Assembly: GCA_029548865.1 (NCBI GenBank)
Contig: JAKPMO010000007.1
Location: 30,264 to 94,263, forward strand
Source: Caldisericota bacterium
Lineage (GTDB): Bacteria > Caldisericota > Caldisericia > JAAYUI01
DNA: 64,000 nucleotides
Direction: 5' to 3'
The notes under the pieces were generated by a model. It was not told the origin of the DNA, ran no database searches, and saw nothing but the letters and a program-made list of their open reading frames with translations. Positions 59,967 through 64,000 of this stretch are shown one piece after another (the stretch's first letter is position 1; every line of letters begins with the position of its first letter). The position numbers were made by a program, and so were the translations under genes.

Positions 59967-61379
59967 ATGAGTGTAAAAGACGGCTTTAAGACCGCCTGGA
60001 AGTGGTTTGCTGATGCCACATGGCTTCAATACATCCTTGTTTTCCTGGGAATACCGGCACTTGTAAGATGGATTTTCCAGCCCGTAGTGGTTTCTGTTGT
60101 AACCAAGATGTACAACTTGAACAACCTTTATGGACAAAGCCTTGAGTATACGCATTATGCAAGGGGCATGGCCGATTTTTATGGAAGATGGATGTTCAAC
60201 GTTATTTTCCTCATCTTCCTGGCCTTCTTCCTCATATACCTCATCCTCAAAGAAAGACCAAACCTCAACTTGTGGGGACTCCACTGGAACAGGATTCTCC
60301 CTGGAGTACTCTTTTTTGCGGTGATGTGGGCAATTATCTATTTCATATTCGTGCCAATCGGCTCTTTATTCACCGGCGGTGATACGTTCTATCTTGGTAT
60401 TCCTTCGCCACCCGGCACATCAAACTATGATTTCCACTCCTTCTCCGGCTTCGGCATGTTGCTCCAAGACATGTTCATGACAAAATCACTGTGGGCATTT
60501 GCTGGCCCTGAATCACAGACTGTTGTTCCTGGCAATTGGACAATGGGCATTCTGGATTTCTTGAGGACATGGGTCCTCAATGGACCAATCCTCATGTTCC
60601 TGGTCTTTGGGTTCTTCTTCAACAAGCTCCTCACCATGTTCTCCTCAAACGATATAACTGATAACTCTAACCACTCGGGGTCTAGGGTCTTTTCTTCGTT
60701 GTTCTTCGCGTCACTTTCCGTGCCTCTGCTTTTCGCACTCTACCGCAAAGTAGACCTTGTGCTATCAAGCCCAACTATTGAGGTCTCAGGCGCCACTGAA
60801 GCTGCCACCCAATATGGGGCCAGCCAAGGCAATCTGATATGGCTTCTCTGTTTCTGGCTTCTGATTGCCGTACTATTCAACCTTTCCTTCCTGTGGGCTT
60901 ATATCGAGAAGAGGAAAAAACCGCTTGGCGACTGGGGTATTTCCCTTTCGAAGTGGCTCCCTGGAACAATCGTCTTCATTCTCGGTTTCGGAATCTCTCT
61001 GCTCGCAGGCTGGCACCTTGCTCCAATCACCAATGGTGTTGTCCAGTCTTCAGGATTGTTTGGGCCATTTGAATCTTACTTTGGCATCTTTCTGTATGCC
61101 CTAATTTGCGGCTGGATATATATAAGGACAAGAAATCTCATTGCAACGGCACTTGTTTATGCTTCACTGCCATGGTTCTTCAATTTTATCCTGGTTTCAC
61201 CAAATAAATCACCCACTCTGATTGGATTCCTGTTTGCAATTCTTGTCGTATTCCTCCTCGTCCTCGGATTTGTTGAATCCTACAGATTCTGGGCCCCATA
61301 CATTACTTTCAACATCGTATATGAGAAAATCGAAACACCAGAGCTAGAAAACCCAACGACTGAAAACAAGGAAGAGTGA
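59967..61379 (+). CDS. Polytopic membrane protein, degenerate CPBP/Abi-like
   Basis: About 10 TM helices; GWIYIRTRNLIATALVYA resembles CPBP motif 4. Confidence 0.55.
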   Translation: MSVKDGFKTAWKWFADATWLQYILVFLGIPALVRWIFQPVVVSVVTKMYNLNNLYGQSLEYTHYARGMADFYGRWMFNVIFLIFLAFFLIYLILKERPNLNLWGLHWNRILPGVLFFAVMWAIIYFIFVPIGSLFTGGDTFYLGIPSPPGTSNYDFHSFSGFGMLLQDMFMTKSLWAFAGPESQTVVPGNWTMGILDFLRTWVLNGPILMFLVFGFFFNKLLTMFSSNDITDNSNHSGSRVFSSLFFASLSVPLLFALYRKVDLVLSSPTIEVSGATEAATQYGASQGNLIWLLCFWLLIAVLFNLSFLWAYIEKRKKPLGDWGISLSKWLPGTIVFILGFGISLLAGWHLAPITNGVVQSSGLFGPFESYFGIFLYALICGWIYIRTRNLIATALVYASLPWFFNFILVSPNKSPTLIGFLFAILVVFLLVLGFVESYRFWAPYITFNIVYEKIETPELENPTTENKEE

Positions 61380-63823
61380 TGGCAAAGGTCCTGCTTCTTG
61401 ACGGCATGAGTCTGCTTTTCAGGGCATACCATGCAATGCCAAAGATGTCGTCCAAGGACGGGACCCCAACAGGTGCGTTATACGGTTTCTTGAGGCTGTT
61501 CTACAACATCGTGGACAAAGAGCATCCGGATTATGTGGCAGTTTGTCTTGACCGGAAGGAAAAAACCTTCAGGGAAGAGGCGGATTCTTCATATAAAGCC
61601 AACAGGCCAACACCTGATGAAGACATGATCGCCCAGATAGTTATGTTTCCAAAACTCCTCACTGATATGGGTATCCCAAGCCTTTCACAGGCAGGTTTTG
61701 AGGCTGATGACGTCATCGCAACCGTTGCAAAAAAAGAAAAAGAAAATGGTAACCAGGTGATCATCATCACTGGCGACAAAGATGTTCTTCAAACACTTGA
61801 TGACGGTATAAAAGCATACATAAACAAAAAAGGCATGTCCGAGATTGACGAGTACACGCCCGCTTCCCTGCAGGAAAAAACTGGGATGACCCCATCCCAG
61901 TTTCTCTTCTTCAAAGCTCTCAAGGGTGACCCATCGGACAACTACCAGGGGGTGCCCGGCATTGGCGAAAAAACTGCCCAGAAAATAGCTTCTGAAGCAT
62001 CATCTGTTGAGGACGTCGAAAAAAATCCAAAAGTGGCCCAAAACATCGATGCCTTCAAACACTCGCTGATGCTTGCATCCATAAGATATGATGTACCATT
62101 GTCATACAAACTTAACGACCTCAAAATGCAGCCCGATCCAGAAAAGGCAGTGTCATTTCTGCGCAATTTTGATTTCAGGACGCTTGTCTCAAGGTTTGCG
62201 AAACAGGAAAAAACCACCGTAAGAAAAGTATCTTCCAACGAAGCTGCAAGTCTCATTGACGGGCCATTTGCGCTCTGCTGGGAAGGTTGTCTTCAGGTAT
62301 GGAACAGCAATAATGTCCTTGAAGTAGACGTCGGATCAGGCCTGTTCCAGAAAACTGACCAGGCACTAAAAGATCTCCAGAAACCGCTTCTGTCAAAACA
62401 CGAGAAAGTTGTTACAGATCTCAAGGAACTCCTGCGGACCGTTGATGTTGAAGACCCAGTTTTTGACGTACAGCTTGCAGCATGGATAGACGAACCCGGA
62501 AGATCGAGCTACTCGATAGAGTCCCTCATCACCGCATATCTGGATGATTCTCCACCACCCGGACTAGCAATACACAAGATTGCCGAAAGGGTCAGGACAA
62601 ATCTCGATGAGAAAGGCCAAATTGGGCTCCTGATTGATGTCGAACAGCCAGTGTCCAGGGTGCTGGCAAACATGGAAACAAGGGGCATAAAAATCGACAG
62701 AGAGGCCCTTCGCGAACTCTCCTTGCAGCTTGAAAAAGGGATAACAGAAAAATCCTCTCAAGTTTACGAAATAGCCAACACCACATTCAACATTCTCTCA
62801 CCAAAACAGCTTGGTGATGTGCTTTTCCAGAAAATGGGCCTTGAGCCGCTCAAAAAGACAAAAACAGGCTTTTCTACATCACAAGAAGTCCTTGAACAGC
62901 TAAAGCCGGCCAGTCCGGCCATAGGCCTCATACTTGAGGTCAGGGAGCTCTCAAAACTCAAATCAACCTATGTTGATGCACTCCCAACCTATTGTGACAA
63001 TCAGAGCAGAGTTCACACAACATACATCCAGACTGGAACTGCAACCGGAAGATTGTCTTCGACCAATCCAAACCTGCAAAACATTCCGATAAGATCTGAC
63101 TGGGGCGGAAAGATAAGGCGTTGTTTTGTCACCGAGCAAGGGAAAACCTTTGTATCGGCAGATTACTCACAGATAGAGCTGAGGCTGCTTGCACACCTCT
63201 CTGGCGATGAAGAACTTGTGAAGGCGTTTAATTCAGGCGAAGACATCCACACCCACACTGCAAGAGTTGTCTTTGGGGTTAGTGATGTAACTCCAGCCCA
63301 GAGAAGACAAGCCAAGATCATCAACTTTGGCGTTTTGTATGGCATGTCAGCCCACAGGCTTTCAAACGAATTCGGAGTCAGCTTCAAGGAAGCCGACAAT
63401 TTTATAAAAGAATATTTCGAGCGCTTCAGTGGCGTTTCAAAATACATCAAGGAAGTGGTCGAACAAGGAAGGAAAAAAGGCTACACGGAAACCATCCTTG
63501 GCCGCAGGCGCTATGTGCCAGACCTTCTTTCAAAAGATTTCCAGGTAAGATCAGCAGGTGAAAGGGCGGCGGTCAATTCGCCAATCCAGGGTTCGGCCGC
63601 CGACATAATCAAGCTTGCCATGATTAGACTTGAACAAAAGCTTGAAAAAACAAGGTCGAGACTCCTTCTTCAAATCCATGATGAACTTGTACTTGAATGT
63701 CCCGATGACGAAACTGATGAGATGGTCCATCTCATCAAGGAGGTCATGGAAAACGTTTGTGAGTCAAGAGTCCCATTCACATGCGAAGTCCATTCGGGCA
63801 AAAACCTTCTAGAGGCAAAATAA
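61379..63823 (+). CDS. polA: DNA polymerase I
   Basis: 5'-3' exonuclease (EADD, GDPSDN), ADYSQIELR, AKIINFG, QIHDEL. Confidence 0.97.
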   Translation: MAKVLLLDGMSLLFRAYHAMPKMSSKDGTPTGALYGFLRLFYNIVDKEHPDYVAVCLDRKEKTFREEADSSYKANRPTPDEDMIAQIVMFPKLLTDMGIPSLSQAGFEADDVIATVAKKEKENGNQVIIITGDKDVLQTLDDGIKAYINKKGMSEIDEYTPASLQEKTGMTPSQFLFFKALKGDPSDNYQGVPGIGEKTAQKIASEASSVEDVEKNPKVAQNIDAFKHSLMLASIRYDVPLSYKLNDLKMQPDPEKAVSFLRNFDFRTLVSRFAKQEKTTVRKVSSNEAASLIDGPFALCWEGCLQVWNSNNVLEVDVGSGLFQKTDQALKDLQKPLLSKHEKVVTDLKELLRTVDVEDPVFDVQLAAWIDEPGRSSYSIESLITAYLDDSPPPGLAIHKIAERVRTNLDEKGQIGLLIDVEQPVSRVLANMETRGIKIDREALRELSLQLEKGITEKSSQVYEIANTTFNILSPKQLGDVLFQKMGLEPLKKTKTGFSTSQEVLEQLKPASPAIGLILEVRELSKLKSTYVDALPTYCDNQSRVHTTYIQTGTATGRLSSTNPNLQNIPIRSDWGGKIRRCFVTEQGKTFVSADYSQIELRLLAHLSGDEELVKAFNSGEDIHTHTARVVFGVSDVTPAQRRQAKIINFGVLYGMSAHRLSNEFGVSFKEADNFIKEYFERFSGVSKYIKEVVEQGRKKGYTETILGRRRYVPDLLSKDFQVRSAGERAAVNSPIQGSAADIIKLAMIRLEQKLEKTRSRLLLQIHDELVLECPDDETDEMVHLIKEVMENVCESRVPFTCEVHSGKNLLEAK

Positions 63824-64000
63824 TGGCATACATCCTAGGAATAACAGGCGGAATGTCGTCTGGAAAAACAACCGCTTCAAAGTGCCTTCAGGGAGAGAGG
63901 ACCTACGTTATTGATGTCGATGAACTGGCGCGCCCACTCCATCAGCCTGGCTGTGAGGTGTACAACCAGATCGTTGAGAAATTTGGAAAATCAGTTTGTA
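63823..64000 (+). CDS. coaE: Dephospho-CoA kinase (5' part, runs off the window)
   Basis: MAYILGITGGMSSGKTT..VIDVD; follows polA. Confidence 0.88.
   Translation, partial: MAYILGITGGMSSGKTTASKCLQGERTYVIDVDELARPLHQPGCEVYNQIVEKFGKSVC

Noticed and set aside
59892..60284. Long N-terminal extension of RidA (258-aa ORF)
   Set aside because: It is antisense to the membrane protein gene. RidA starts at 59891 with a GGAGG RBS.

Overview
A gene-dense bacterial chromosomal segment. The many secreted proteins with a C-terminal copper-amine-oxidase-N (stalk) domain and the PQQ-type propellers suggest Caldisericota or a similar anaerobe (inference only). It contains (i) an AT-rich block at 1-6.9 kb with a PQQ-propeller gene and four tandem secreted paralogues; (ii) a housekeeping run (valS, folC, greA, lysS, K+ channel, two flippase-like proteins, murI, deaminase); (iii) an accessory block at 25-48 kb with a radical SAM/SPASM enzyme plus a Cys-rich precursor peptide, three tandem membrane paralogues, MgtA, a second P-type ATPase, three VOC proteins, a GNAT, ArsM and a degenerate ClC; (iv) a complete phoBR-pstSCAB-phoU locus with Pho-box-like repeats; and (v) rhomboid-lgt, RidA, polA and the start of coaE. 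I saw no rRNA, tRNA, CRISPR array, transposase or integrase. The best candidates for undescribed biology are a minimal RiPP locus (62-aa precursor with CxC/NxxC/Cx3N motifs plus rSAM-SPASM), an unannotated MgtL-like proline leader peptide with mutually exclusive hairpins upstream of a receiver-like gene and mgtA, a transmembrane DUF2341 protein with a cytoplasmic PIN-like domain, and two tandem paralogue arrays. All calls come from reading motifs by eye; no database searches were run.
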